46,020 nucleotides of DNA from an uncultured Hellea sp. (GCA_964548315.1 CAZJRU010000001.1:1-46020); one strand, 5' to 3'. Numbered from the stretch's first letter, positions 9,444 through 19,917 are shown. Notes: generated from the sequence alone by a model not told the origin. A program made the numbers and translations.

Positions 9444-10616
9444 TTAACTCTCAATTTTAAACGTTAATCCCGCATTGTCTTCGAGGCGCTTAATCAAAGC
9501 CTCACCCATAGCCGGGGCCGTTGTATAAACGCCGCCGCCTGTGACTTTTTTATCAATATCTCTGGCCAAACAAAGCGCCGATTCCGCTATCATTTTTGAC
9601 GTCGATCCATAGCCAGGATCTTTATCACCGCTTACGCTGGCGATAATACGTTTTCCGTCAGGCGCGTCGCCGACATACATCACGTCATAAAATCCTGTTT
9701 CGCGCTCTTCCTTGCTTGGGCCTTCGCCAGGCTTGGGCGGATTGGTCGCCATAGAATTATCACTCGCCACATGATTAGCCGCCGCTTCACCGGCCTCGCC
9801 CGGACCTGTAAGCACCATTTCATCATAGACAAAGTCCTGGCCATATAGGTGACCTAAAAGCGCGTTGGAGCGGTGGACATTTTTCGTATTAATAGAGGCC
9901 ATAATAAAAGGCGCTGACCAGCTATCAAGGTCTGCCTCAAAAATGGGCTTATGACCTGATGGCTGCGCGGGCCCTGAAAAATCAGGCGTAAGAGAAAACG
10001 GGTCTTTCAGCCAATTTAGGACCTCTGGTTCCTGCCCCGCCCGTTTCATAGTTGCGAAGAAACTAGCGGCCGTACCACCTGAAAAAGTTCCCTTCATTTT
10101 TCGCACGCGGCCGCGAATTTTTGAACAAACGCCGCCGTGCTCAGCCATTGCATGTTTTTGCATAAAGTAAACACCGAGGTCGAAAGGAATAGAATCAAAG
10201 CCGCAGGAGTGAACAATACGCGCCCCGCTTTCTTTGGCCGCCGCGTCATATTTTTCAATCGTGTCATGCATCCAAGCGGGTTCACCCGAAAGATCAACAT
10301 AATCCGTGCCGTTATTGACGCAGGCCTGTACAAGAGGGTCGCCGTAAAGCTGATAAGGACCGACAGTCGTGCATATGGCTTTGGCTTGTGAGGCCATTGC
10401 CGACAAAGACGATGCGTCTTGCGAGTCCGCAACGATAAGCGGGATATCATCAGAGATATTCATCTCGCTACGGACAGCTTCTAACTTATCTTGCGAGCGC
10501 CCTGCCATGGCCCATTTGACATCCGAGTCCGCATATTGAGTATTTAGATATTCTGCGACTAACCGGCCTGTAAAACCAGTGGCTCCGTAAACGATAACAT
10601 CAAACTGACGAGACAT
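9444..10616 (-). CDS. Saccharopine-dehydrogenase-like oxidoreductase (SCCPDH / trans-acting enoyl reductase family)
   Basis: GATGFTG, AGRS, TVGPY..YG, YVDLSGE, CGFDSIPFDLG, SGGT, DPGYGST. Confidence 0.9.
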   Translation of the reverse strand: MSRQFDVIVYGATGFTGRLVAEYLNTQYADSDVKWAMAGRSQDKLEAVRSEMNISDDIPLIVADSQDASSLSAMASQAKAICTTVGPYQLYGDPLVQACVNNGTDYVDLSGEPAWMHDTIEKYDAAAKESGARIVHSCGFDSIPFDLGVYFMQKHAMAEHGGVCSKIRGRVRKMKGTFSGGTAASFFATMKRAGQEPEVLNWLKDPFSLTPDFSGPAQPSGHKPIFEADLDSWSAPFIMASINTKNVHRSNALLGHLYGQDFVYDEMVLTGPGEAGEAAANHVASDNSMATNPPKPGEGPSKEERETGFYDVMYVGDAPDGKRIIASVSGDKDPGYGSTSKMIAESALCLARDIDKKVTGGGVYTTAPAMGEALIKRLEDNAGLTFKIES

Positions 10617-10690
10617 ATTCTCTCCTTATATGCACTTTGTTGCATATAGTCATGACATATGGCCTTGTCTGAGGCAAAGTCTAAATAGCG

Positions 10691-11773
10691 TTATTTGAGT
10701 TTAACCCGCCCGAGATAAGGCGCGGTGAGGCTGGACACATACATATATCCATCTTCAGCAATAATGGCCCCCGTCGCGCTCGGATAAGCGCCGCTGGGAT
10801 CTTGCCACGTTTTGATAATATTTCCATCCGCGTCTATTTGAACGATCAACCCATAGCTGACAGCTTGTGGGCGCATAAAAGCGGGAAGACGCATAGCAAT
10901 TTTGCGGGCGAAAGGTTTGCCCGCATTGTCATCGAGCCATTTTGACCGCTGACTTATAATGCCTATTAGAAAGCTTTCTCGCCCATCGCTAAGCTTAGGC
11001 CCGCGGTTAATATTATCAGGAAAGCCCGGCAAATTATCCATAATGACGCGGCTTGACCCATCAGGCGATATTTTATGGACTTGGTAAGTCCCTGTCTCAT
11101 TCATCAATATATGACCGTCTTGCGTTACAGCCACGCCGTTAGAAAACACATATCCGTCACGGATAATGCGGGTTGTTTGGTTGGCTGGGTTATAGGCTAG
11201 TAACCTACCCGTCCCGCCATGTTCCATAATCTCTAAAAGGCTTGCAGATAATGTCGCGCCTGTCGAATTAGCGCCAAATTTCGTCGAGGCATCTGAGAAA
11301 TAAATTGTCCCATCATCAGTTATATCTAAATCATCAGCATAAAGAATAGGCGTGCCCGCGACCGCGTCCGACAAAACTGTAACGACGCCCTTTTTATCAA
11401 CGGATAATAATCCCCGAAATGCATCGGCTATTATAAGTTGGCCTTGGGCGTCCATCTCCATGCCTAGAGCCGAGCCCTGCGTATCAGCAAACTCTCGAAA
11501 GGTCTTAGCGACCGGGTCGATCTGAATGATTTTTCCCTCTTGGGATGAGACAAAAATTTGGCCCTCATGCATAACAATATCTTCGGGGCCATGCACGCCC
11601 CCTATCGATAGCTGTTCCAAATTGGCCAGCTCTGTATTGGGCGCAAAGCCGCCAACATATCCTTGATCTGTCGGAGCGTCCCAAACCTGCGGGTTAATAG
11701 ATACGGGCCAAAGCGCCAGATATCCCATCACCAATAAAACAAGTCCTGCAATAAATTTTATAACCCGTTTCAT
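10691..11773 (-). CDS. Strictosidine-synthase-like / SMP-30 beta-propeller protein with N-terminal anchor
   Basis: GPED, ADAFRGLL, DDLD..DGTIYFSDAS, FSNGVA, NLPGFPDNI. Confidence 0.9.
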   Translation of the reverse strand: MKRVIKFIAGLVLLVMGYLALWPVSINPQVWDAPTDQGYVGGFAPNTELANLEQLSIGGVHGPEDIVMHEGQIFVSSQEGKIIQIDPVAKTFREFADTQGSALGMEMDAQGQLIIADAFRGLLSVDKKGVVTVLSDAVAGTPILYADDLDITDDGTIYFSDASTKFGANSTGATLSASLLEIMEHGGTGRLLAYNPANQTTRIIRDGYVFSNGVAVTQDGHILMNETGTYQVHKISPDGSSRVIMDNLPGFPDNINRGPKLSDGRESFLIGIISQRSKWLDDNAGKPFARKIAMRLPAFMRPQAVSYGLIVQIDADGNIIKTWQDPSGAYPSATGAIIAEDGYMYVSSLTAPYLGRVKLK

Positions 11774-11796
11774 ATAAATCCTTTGTCCTGGATGAG

Positions 11797-12486
11797 TTAA
11801 GCGTAATTGCGCGGCCCAAACAAGGCCGACCCGACCCTGACATGGGTTGCGCCAAAGGCTATAGCCGTTTCGAAATCACCGCTCATTCCCATAGACAATA
11901 TCTTCATACCCTGCTCTTGAGCCATTTTCTGCAGGAGCCAAAAGTGCGGCGACACCGCTTGGCCTACCGGCGGGATGCACATAAGACCCTGAGGACGCAG
12001 ATTATATTCGGTGTCTAACCTCTCAAGAAAAGCTTTAAGCTCTTGAGGGTGAACGCCAGATTTCTGCGCTTCTTCGCCCGTATTCACTTGGACAAGAAGC
12101 TCAGGCATTTTTCCGACTTTTTCTGCGGCTTTCAAAACCGCTTTGACCAACTTCTCACGGTCGAGCGTTTCAATGACATCGAAAAGCTTTACCGCCTCTT
12201 CAGCTTTATTTGTTTGCAGGGGTCCAATCAGATGTAGCCTCACATCTTTGCGGCGCGCCTGAAAGGTTTCGTCCCAGCGTTTATAGGCTTCCTGAACTCT
12301 ATTTTCGCCAAATACCCTTTGCCCGCAATCTAATCCGGCTTGAACTCTGTGATCTGGCTGGACTTTAGAAACAGCCACAAGGCTTGGCGCGTCATCCCGA
12401 TTTGCCTTATTGGCAGCCTCTTGAATTCGCTCTAGGATATCCTCTCGTCTTTCAGATACGGACTTATTTTCTTCAATGTCGCTCAT
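11797..12486 (-). CDS. yggS: YggS-family PLP homeostasis protein
   Basis: LVAVSK, FGENRVQE, HLIGPLQTNK, GLMCIPP, LSMGMSGDF, VRVGSALFG. Confidence 0.95.
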   Translation of the reverse strand: MSDIEENKSVSERREDILERIQEAANKANRDDAPSLVAVSKVQPDHRVQAGLDCGQRVFGENRVQEAYKRWDETFQARRKDVRLHLIGPLQTNKAEEAVKLFDVIETLDREKLVKAVLKAAEKVGKMPELLVQVNTGEEAQKSGVHPQELKAFLERLDTEYNLRPQGLMCIPPVGQAVSPHFWLLQKMAQEQGMKILSMGMSGDFETAIAFGATHVRVGSALFGPRNYA

Positions 12487-13141
12487 GGTACGAAAAACCT
12501 ACCCTCAATGGGATTATAATGGAAGTCACCGCGTCGCGCGCGTGGCGACAAAATTATATGAAGCCCGAGCTCAGCGCTGCCGCGTAGCGCCGCTGATTTT
12601 TATGTCTGACCCAGAGGCGATGGCCGACCTCATCAACATTATTCAAAACCTGCCCAGACACACGACTATTATATATCGGCATTTCGGGAAAAAAAATCAT
12701 TTGGAAGAAGCACTCATTTTGCGCCAAGCTACCTTTGAAAAAGATCAACAACTTCTCATAGGCGCCGACCCAGCATTAGCGATAAAGGTCGGGGCAGACG
12801 GTGTTCATTTTAAACGCGATAAGGCTTTACGGCTTCCGATGCTTTGGAAAGAGCGATGTCCAGAATGGGTTATCACAATGGCTGGAATTAAATCGGGGAA
12901 CTATGAAGGTAATCTCGCCGTTTTAGACGGCCTTATTATATCTTCCGTTTTTCCCAGTAAGAGCCCCTCCGCTGGAACGCCCATTGGGGTGCAGGCCCTG
13001 ACGTCAAAAATTAAAACGACGCCATGCCCCATTTTCGCCCTTGGCGGTATCAATGAAGATACAGCGCCTCATCTTATTGGGAGCGGGGCTTATGGACTGG
13101 CAGGAATAAGAGGGATGTTGCCCAGCAGTACCCCCTATTAG
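12485..13141 (+). CDS. Thiamine phosphate synthase-like (ThiE/TenI) TIM-barrel protein
   Basis: GADGVH, SSVFPSKS, IFALGGI. Start uncertain: in-frame ATG 12476 or 12485, or GTG 12542. Confidence 0.75.
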   Translation: MVRKTYPQWDYNGSHRVARVATKLYEARAQRCRVAPLIFMSDPEAMADLINIIQNLPRHTTIIYRHFGKKNHLEEALILRQATFEKDQQLLIGADPALAIKVGADGVHFKRDKALRLPMLWKERCPEWVITMAGIKSGNYEGNLAVLDGLIISSVFPSKSPSAGTPIGVQALTSKIKTTPCPIFALGGINEDTAPHLIGSGAYGLAGIRGMLPSSTPY

Positions 13142-14994
13142 AAGGTAAACCCGCCTTCGATGAAGAGGGCTGTGGCTTTTTCTTCATCTTCACCAATAGT
13201 TAGGCCGGTCGCCCGCGGGACTGTACGTTCTATATATTGCGCGCCTGCCCCTAAGGTGAAGCGGTCAAATTCATAGCTAATTCCGAAAACACCTTGATCT
13301 GATTCCAGATTAATATTTTCATCCTCAGCGTGACCATAGCTAGCGGTAAATCCTAATCTTGACGGTTTCCACGTAATGCCCGCATCCCAAGCTGTGTAAT
13401 CACCGTCAGCAAGACCGTTATTACTTTGCAGATATGAGCCCCCCACGGTCCAGTCATTGAAAGAAACCTCAAGGCCTGTATTCCAGCTTTCCAGATCATC
13501 AAATACCGCCAAGGTACTATCTTCCGACGCGGTGGCGTAAGTAAAGGTTGCTTCGACGTTTAGGCCATTATCAAATTTACGATCGATAGCCGCTCCAAAT
13601 TCGATAACATCTGACAGGTCAGGCGCTAACACGCCTGTGCCGTCCTCGCCATTTCGCCTGACGCAATAATCAACGCCGCAAGCCCGAGCATTAGGCGCAT
13701 AGGAGGCACCGAGTTGAACGCCGATCCCAATTTTATCACCAAGAAGACGCGGGCTGGTATAAGTAACTTTTTCTGCGAAACCTGAGGCGTCATTAACGGT
13801 TTTGACACTATCCAGACCCGTATAATCAACGGGCGAATTGGAAGCATTTACCGCTAATAATGAAGGGGCTCCCAGACTGAAAAGATAAGCAGAGCCATCA
13901 TCCCAGCCCACAGTCACGTCGCCGTAAGATGAGCGTAGGAAAATATAAGCGCCTTCTAGAGCAATTTCAAATTCCTTATCATCATTCAGACCATCCGTAA
14001 AAAACTGAGACGTATGTCCGCGAACAGGAACAGGCGTATCACCCCCCGTGCTCGCGCATCCAGGAACGGAGGCGGGACAATCCCCGACTAGGCCGCCAAA
14101 GCCTCGTCTATATCTATCGAATTGAGAGCGCGCTTCTAGGTTGATGCCGTATTCTAGGCCGCCTTGCGTGATGGCGCTGACTTCGGCTTCAACATTTGCA
14201 TCAGCAATATAATCATCCCGCCATTCAGCTGGAGCCTCGCCCAAATTAACCCGCGTCGCTGCCGCGCCGCCTCTGAAATACCCTGTCAGCGTTGTTTTGA
14301 TTGACCCTAATCCTAATTTATCAAGCCATGACCCCGAGCGTTTCCGATTAGCAGGATATGGCTGAGGGTTTTGACCGTAAGGCCCGCCATATGATTGACT
14401 TTGTCCAGGTGATTGCGCTTGTCCATAAGGCTGGGAGTAGCCGCCAGATTGATCATATTGATTGGCTTGATTATATTGACCAGAATAAGGTTGGGGATTG
14501 CCATAAGACCCAGATTGCGCGGGGATGCCTTGGGATCTGCCTGGATAATAAGCGCCAGTATCGGCGGGTTGAGCGGCGACTTTTGGCGCGTAGCTCGGTC
14601 TGGCCCCCGCGAGATTATCAGAGGGCGCGCTATATCCCGTACTATATCCAGCTGGAGGCGTCGCAGACGGGACGTAATTATAATTTGCCCCAACGGGCGC
14701 GTTTGACGGGGCTGGCGCAATTGAGCGTGGTTGCGCGGGGGGTAAATTTTGCAGGGCGCCAGAATAACCGCCGCTTTGGCTAGCCGCCGTATTGGGTGAA
14801 TAAGTCGGCGCAGGTTGCGGCGCCTGATAGGGCGCGGGGCTCGGGGCGGCGGGCGCCTGAGTTTCCCAAGCTTGCACTCTCTTTTTAGATGCAAAAGGAG
14901 ATCCGCTTGTTTGCGCGCTGGCAACCGTCATAACGCCGAGGCCCGCCAGAATAACCGGAGCCCAGTATATTTTGCCGTTTAAAATGGCTGCCAT
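13138..14994 (-). CDS. Outer-membrane porin with long N-terminal low-complexity extension (618 aa)
   Basis: SD GGGAG before ATG 14994; signal peptide ending VASA-Q; amphipathic beta-strands, GLEYG, AYIFLRSSYGDVTVG, KVTYTSPR, terminal Phe; divergent from the DUF3576-leuS operon. Confidence 0.85.
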   Translation of the reverse strand: MAAILNGKIYWAPVILAGLGVMTVASAQTSGSPFASKKRVQAWETQAPAAPSPAPYQAPQPAPTYSPNTAASQSGGYSGALQNLPPAQPRSIAPAPSNAPVGANYNYVPSATPPAGYSTGYSAPSDNLAGARPSYAPKVAAQPADTGAYYPGRSQGIPAQSGSYGNPQPYSGQYNQANQYDQSGGYSQPYGQAQSPGQSQSYGGPYGQNPQPYPANRKRSGSWLDKLGLGSIKTTLTGYFRGGAAATRVNLGEAPAEWRDDYIADANVEAEVSAITQGGLEYGINLEARSQFDRYRRGFGGLVGDCPASVPGCASTGGDTPVPVRGHTSQFFTDGLNDDKEFEIALEGAYIFLRSSYGDVTVGWDDGSAYLFSLGAPSLLAVNASNSPVDYTGLDSVKTVNDASGFAEKVTYTSPRLLGDKIGIGVQLGASYAPNARACGVDYCVRRNGEDGTGVLAPDLSDVIEFGAAIDRKFDNGLNVEATFTYATASEDSTLAVFDDLESWNTGLEVSFNDWTVGGSYLQSNNGLADGDYTAWDAGITWKPSRLGFTASYGHAEDENINLESDQGVFGISYEFDRFTLGAGAQYIERTVPRATGLTIGEDEEKATALFIEGGFTF

Positions 14995-15021
14995 GTCTGA
15001 CTCCCGACTTTGCACGCAAAA

Positions 15022-15108
15022 TTAGCCTGCCGTTAACCTTTTAATCGACTGCGCTTCCTAAAAAATGGTTAACAAATCTTTTAAATCGCGGTTTTACGGG
15101 GGTTTAAC
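15022..15108. promoter_or_regulatory. Three CtrA-like boxes (TTAA-N7-TTAAC, one mismatch each)
   Basis: TTAG-cctgccg-TTAAC 15022-15037; CTAA-aaaatgg-TTAAC 15058-15073; TTTA-cgggggt-TTAAC 15093-15108. Confidence 0.5.
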
Positions 15109-15228
15109 GCATATTTTGGCGCAAGGAATTACGCACGGAAAGGCTAGTCGGGGTCAAAATTAATGCTATAAAGCCCCAATTGATTTGAACCCAAACCTAT
15201 GCACTTCGTGCAATCTTAGGAGTCCTCT

Positions 15229-15690
15229 ATGTTTTCAACCCGTATTCCGGCCATTTTGACCTCTTCATTTTTGGCTGTGACGCTCTTAGCCGGTTGTGGC
15301 TCTTTGGGGGGTAAAGGCAAAGCCCGGGCTCAAGCTCAAAAACTAGCTGCGGCGCAAGCTCCCAATATCGGGGTAAATTCCTTTTTATGGCGCGCAAGCC
15401 TTGAAACCTTAAATTTTATGCCTTTGGCTCAAGTCGATCCCTTCGGCGGCGTTATCGTCACGGATTGGTACGCCTCAGCCGAAGCCCCGCAAGAACGCTT
15501 CAAAGCCAATGTTTATATCCTGGATACAAATCTAAGAGCCGACGCGCTGAAAACATCTATATTCAAGCAAACACGCTCCACCAGCGGATGGGAAGATGCA
15601 GCCGTTGATGCCGATACAGCGCGGCAAATTGAAAACGCGATTTTGACGCGCGCCCGTGAGCTCTATATTTCCACGGTCGACGCTGGATAA
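15229..15690 (+). CDS. DUF3576-type lipoprotein
   Basis: Lipobox LAGC; GVNSFLWRASLETLNFMPL..DPFGGVIVTDWY, IENAILTRAREL; directly upstream of leuS. Confidence 0.88.
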   Translation: MFSTRIPAILTSSFLAVTLLAGCGSLGGKGKARAQAQKLAAAQAPNIGVNSFLWRASLETLNFMPLAQVDPFGGVIVTDWYASAEAPQERFKANVYILDTNLRADALKTSIFKQTRSTSGWEDAAVDADTARQIENAILTRARELYISTVDAG

Positions 15691-15791
15691 AACTCTCATA
15701 AAATACCCCAGATGAGTATGATTGAGGACTAGCCTCACTTCATCACTCTGCTATAGAGCGGCTTTGATTATTTAATGAAGGCCGCTTTTTC

Positions 15792-18368
15792 ATGTCCGAA
15801 CGCTATAATGCTGCTGAGGTTGAACCCCGTTGGCAAAAAGCCTGGGAAAAAGGCGATGTTTTTCGGGCAAGCGACACAAGCGAAAAGCCAAAATTCTATG
15901 CCCTAGAAATGTTTCCTTATCCCAGCGGACGCATCCATATGGGACATGTAAGAAATTACGCGATGGGCGATGTCGTCGCGCGCTATAAAAAAGCACAAGG
16001 TTTTGAAGTGTTACATCCCATGGGCTGGGATAGTTTTGGCATGCCCGCTGAAAACGCCGCGATAGAAATTGGCGGTCATCCCAAAGATTGGACTTACGGT
16101 AATATTGAGGCAATGAAAGAGCCCCTTAAACGGCTTGGTTTTGCGCTAGATTGGTCCCGCGAATTCGCGACATCTGATGAGGCCTATTACAAACAACAAC
16201 AAGCCATCTTCCTGAAATTTTGGGAAAAGGGATTAGTGTACCGCAAAACGGCCAAGGTTAATTGGGACCCTGTCGACAACACGGTTCTCGCCAATGAGCA
16301 AGTCATCGACGGCAAAGGCTGGCGCAGCGGCGCGGTTGTCCAGCAGCGCGATATGGATCAGTGGTTTTTCAAAATCACCCATTACGCCGAAGAGCTTTTG
16401 GACGGCTTAGACAGTCTCGACCGTTGGCCCGAAAAAGTGAAAACCATGCAAGCCAATTGGATTGGGAAATCCGAAGGCCTGCAAATGGAATTTGAGTGGG
16501 CAGATGGGGATAAATTATTTGGTGAGAACCTTTATTCGGGGACAGAAGTCTTTACGACACGGCCTGATACGTTATTTGGCGCAAGCTTTATTGCCCTTTC
16601 TCCTGATCATCCAATCACCAAAGTATTGGCAAAAGACAATTCTGCCGTTGAAAAATTTCGCGCCGCATGCGCCAAAATTGGTACGACCGAAGAAGCCATT
16701 GCGACGGCAGAAAAGCTTGGTTTCGATACGGGCTTGAAAGTTAAACACCCTTTCACGGGTAAACCCCTCCCTGTCTGGATCGCAAATTTTGTTTTAATGG
16801 GCTACGGAACTGGAGCCATCTTCGGCTGTCCTGCTCATGACCAACGCGACCTCGATTTTGCGCGTAAATATAATTTAGATGTAACGCCTGTTGTTCTTCC
16901 GAACGGCGAGAATTCGGCCACTTATATAGTCGATAGCGAGGCCTATACGGGTGAAGGCACATTATTTAATTCTGATTTCCTCAACGGTCTAAATAAGGCG
17001 GACGGCATAGCCGCGGCCATCGCTAAAATCGAGGAGATGGATCTCGGTCAAGGCGTGACGCAATATCGCCTGCGGGATTGGGGTGTCTCTCGTCAGCGGT
17101 ATTGGGGTTGCCCTATTCCGGTTATTCATTGCGGGGATTGCGGTGTTGTCCCTGTCCCCGAAGCAGACCTGCCCGTTGCCCTGCCCTATGATATTAATTT
17201 TGATAAGCCCGGTAATCCGCTCGACCGTCACCCGACCTTTAAAGATGTAGATTGCCCAAAATGCGGAGAAGCCGCGCGGCGCGAAACTGACACGCTAGAT
17301 ACCTTCGCCGATAGTTCTTGGTATTTCGCGCGCTTTGCTGGCGGCAATACCGATGATGCGCCCTTTGATAAAAAAATAGCCTCTGATTGGCTCCCGGTTG
17401 ATCAATATGTCGGCGGGATTGAGCACGCGGTTCTACATTTGCTTTACTCGCGCTTCTTTACACGCGGCCTCAGAGATTGCGGCTTACTTGATTTACCCAG
17501 CGGGGAACCCTTTGCAGGCCTCTTTACACAGGGCATGGTGACTCATGCCGTCTTTACGGATGCCAAAGGTAATTATGTGATGCCATCAGATGTCATTGAA
17601 GACGGCAATCAACTGCTTCACATCGAGAGCAAAGAGATTGTCAATAAAGGCGACGTCATCAAGATGTCCAAATCCAAGAAAAATGTCGTTGACCCTAATG
17701 ACATTATCGAAGGTTACGGGGCGGATGTCGCGCGCTGGTTTGTTCTCTCTGATAGTCCGCCCGAGCGTGATGTTGAATGGACGGAAGCCGGCGTGATTGG
17801 CGCCTGGCGTTTTGCCAATAAAGTTTGGGCCCTTGTTTCGGACACTCCAAAAATGAACCCGATGAGCGTTGCCAGTGATGCCACAGGCGGCGCGCTAGAG
17901 CTTCGCCGTTTTGCCCATAAAGCCATGGCGAAAATCACATCAGGTATTGAAAGCTTTCGCTTTAATACATCAGTCGCTCAAATTTATGAGCTCACCAACG
18001 CGCTTAAGAAATACAAAGCCAATGACGCCGCCAAAGCCGAAGCCCTTGGCATTCTTATTCGCGCGATTGCGCCTTTCATGCCCCATCTCTCTGAAGAATG
18101 CTGGGCCCATCTGGGCGGGGAAGGCTTATGCTATCACGCGCCCTGGCCTGCTGTTGATGAAAGCCTGCTTGTCGAAGACACCGTGACCCTGCCTTTGCAA
18201 GTCAACGGAAAGCGCCGCGGGGAAATATCTGTACCCGCCGATATTTCCAAAGAAGAGGCTGAAAAATTAGCCTTAGCCGATCCAGCAGTCATTCGCACCA
18301 TTGATGGCTTAACTGTAAGGAAAGTCATCGTTGTTCCGGGAAGAATTATCAATATAGTAGCGTCATGA
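15792..18368 (+). CDS. leuS: Leucine--tRNA ligase
   Basis: MFPYPSG.HMGH, editing domain TTRPDTLFG and [34 protein letters not shown]. Confidence 0.99.
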   Translation: MSERYNAAEVEPRWQKAWEKGDVFRASDTSEKPKFYALEMFPYPSGRIHMGHVRNYAMGDVVARYKKAQGFEVLHPMGWDSFGMPAENAAIEIGGHPKDWTYGNIEAMKEPLKRLGFALDWSREFATSDEAYYKQQQAIFLKFWEKGLVYRKTAKVNWDPVDNTVLANEQVIDGKGWRSGAVVQQRDMDQWFFKITHYAEELLDGLDSLDRWPEKVKTMQANWIGKSEGLQMEFEWADGDKLFGENLYSGTEVFTTRPDTLFGASFIALSPDHPITKVLAKDNSAVEKFRAACAKIGTTEEAIATAEKLGFDTGLKVKHPFTGKPLPVWIANFVLMGYGTGAIFGCPAHDQRDLDFARKYNLDVTPVVLPNGENSATYIVDSEAYTGEGTLFNSDFLNGLNKADGIAAAIAKIEEMDLGQGVTQYRLRDWGVSRQRYWGCPIPVIHCGDCGVVPVPEADLPVALPYDINFDKPGNPLDRHPTFKDVDCPKCGEAARRETDTLDTFADSSWYFARFAGGNTDDAPFDKKIASDWLPVDQYVGGIEHAVLHLLYSRFFTRGLRDCGLLDLPSGEPFAGLFTQGMVTHAVFTDAKGNYVMPSDVIEDGNQLLHIESKEIVNKGDVIKMSKSKKNVVDPNDIIEGYGADVARWFVLSDSPPERDVEWTEAGVIGAWRFANKVWALVSDTPKMNPMSVASDATGGALELRRFAHKAMAKITSGIESFRFNTSVAQIYELTNALKKYKANDAAKAEALGILIRAIAPFMPHLSEECWAHLGGEGLCYHAPWPAVDESLLVEDTVTLPLQVNGKRRGEISVPADISKEEAEKLALADPAVIRTIDGLTVRKVIVVPGRIINIVAS

Positions 18369-18868
18369 TCAAAACATTATTGAGCGCAATATCCCTTTTA
18401 CTCCTGACAGGCTGTGCAGGCTTTACGCCCCTCCACGCAGCAACAAGCGGAGCGAATAGTGCTGCCTTTAAAAATATCTCGGTAAAAGTCACGGACGGGG
18501 CCGATCAAGGCGATCAAGAAGCGGGCTTTTTTGTGATGCAGCGCCTGCGTGACCGGATAGGTGAAAATAATGGCGGGCATGTTTTAACGCTAAACCCAAC
18601 GCTAAGACGATCTGGCTTTGGTATTAATTCAATTGATGTCGCCTCACGCTATGATTCAACAGTCGCTGTAAGATACACATTGACCGACGGGAAAAGCGGA
18701 AAAGTCTTAACTAGTGGCTCTGTCACAGCTGTGTCCACATTTGGTGCGCCGCTTGATCCTTACGGCCTTATTGCGGCTGATAAAAATGCGACGCAGCAAA
18801 CAACCAAAGAAGCCGCCGACAGGATATTAGTTAAGCTTGCCTCTTATTATGCAAATCCGAAAAAATGA
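18365..18868 (+). CDS. lptE: LPS assembly lipoprotein LptE
   Basis: Lipobox LTGC followed by GFTPL; leuS-lptE-holA synteny with ATGA overlaps. Confidence 0.8.
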   Translation: MIKTLLSAISLLLLTGCAGFTPLHAATSGANSAAFKNISVKVTDGADQGDQEAGFFVMQRLRDRIGENNGGHVLTLNPTLRRSGFGINSIDVASRYDSTVAVRYTLTDGKSGKVLTSGSVTAVSTFGAPLDPYGLIAADKNATQQTTKEAADRILVKLASYYANPKK

Positions 18869-19917
18869 AACTCACCGGCGCACGGGCGGAAAGCTTTCTC
18901 GCTAACCCGCGCACCGATATTATTGGCGTCTTATTATTTGGACCAGACCGAGGTCTTGTAAAAGAACGGTCTCAGAATCTCATAAAAAAATATTGTACAA
19001 ATCCCGATGACGCCTTTGCGGCAACTATCCTGACCGCAGATGATCTAAGTTCTGACCCTGCCAAGCTTTCAGATGAAATGTCCGCCTTATCAATGTTTGG
19101 GGATGCGCGCTTGGTACGCGTCAGACTCGATCATGAACGCAGCGCCGCGGCCATTAGTAAAATTATCAAATCTTTTGATACCGACCCGCAAAAGGCAGAA
19201 GCCAAACTTATCATCGAAGCCGGAGACTTAACGCCCCGCTCGGCCATCCGGAAAACTTTTGAAAGCTCGGGGCATTTCGCCTCTATTGGATGCTACCGCG
19301 CAAATACCCAAGACTTAGCCAACCTTGTCCGCACGACGCTGACGGACAATACAATAGATATTGATGCAGAGGCTTTGGCGTTATGGGTGCCCTTATTAGA
19401 AGGGGATCACGCTCTGGCTAAAGGCGAAATCGAAAAAATGGTGCTTTATAAAGGCTTTGGGTCAGAGCCCGGCGCCAGAGTAACCGTTGAAGATATCCGT
19501 GTTTTAGCTGCTGGCGGTCAAAACACATCGATAAATGACATAATTATGAGCGCGATGGATGGACGCGTAAACGCGTGTGACGCCAGCTATAAACGCGCCG
19601 TAGCTGGCAAGATAAATTCAGCCGTTGTGCTTATGGCGCTGCAACGACACTTAGTGCGTTTGATAGAAGCTAACGGAAATATGACACGAGGCGAAACAGC
19701 TCAAGGCGCAATTAAATCTCTTCGCCCGCCGGTTTTTAAAATGCAGGAAAGGTTTTTTCTAACGCATCTAAGGATTTGGCCAAGCCGCGCCCTGAAGCGG
19801 GCCTTATCGCAAAGCTTAGAAGCTGAAAAACAATTAAAAACGGCGGGCTCGCCCGCCGATGCTATTACGGGGCGGCTTTTACTCGCCCTAGCGAGTTTTG
19901 CTAAAAAACGACGATAA
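18865..19917 (+). CDS. holA: DNA polymerase III delta subunit
   Basis: LLFGPDRGLV, SMFG, EIEK, RPPVF; synteny. Confidence 0.93.
   Translation: MKLTGARAESFLANPRTDIIGVLLFGPDRGLVKERSQNLIKKYCTNPDDAFAATILTADDLSSDPAKLSDEMSALSMFGDARLVRVRLDHERSAAAISKIIKSFDTDPQKAEAKLIIEAGDLTPRSAIRKTFESSGHFASIGCYRANTQDLANLVRTTLTDNTIDIDAEALALWVPLLEGDHALAKGEIEKMVLYKGFGSEPGARVTVEDIRVLAAGGQNTSINDIIMSAMDGRVNACDASYKRAVAGKINSAVVLMALQRHLVRLIEANGNMTRGETAQGAIKSLRPPVFKMQERFFLTHLRIWPSRALKRALSQSLEAEKQLKTAGSPADAITGRLLLALASFAKKRR

Noticed and set aside
14313-14924. Several overlapping ORFs (203, 141 and 97 aa) over the porin N-terminal region
   Set aside because: Expected from GC-rich low-complexity sequence; only the porin frame has an SD, signal peptide and continuity.
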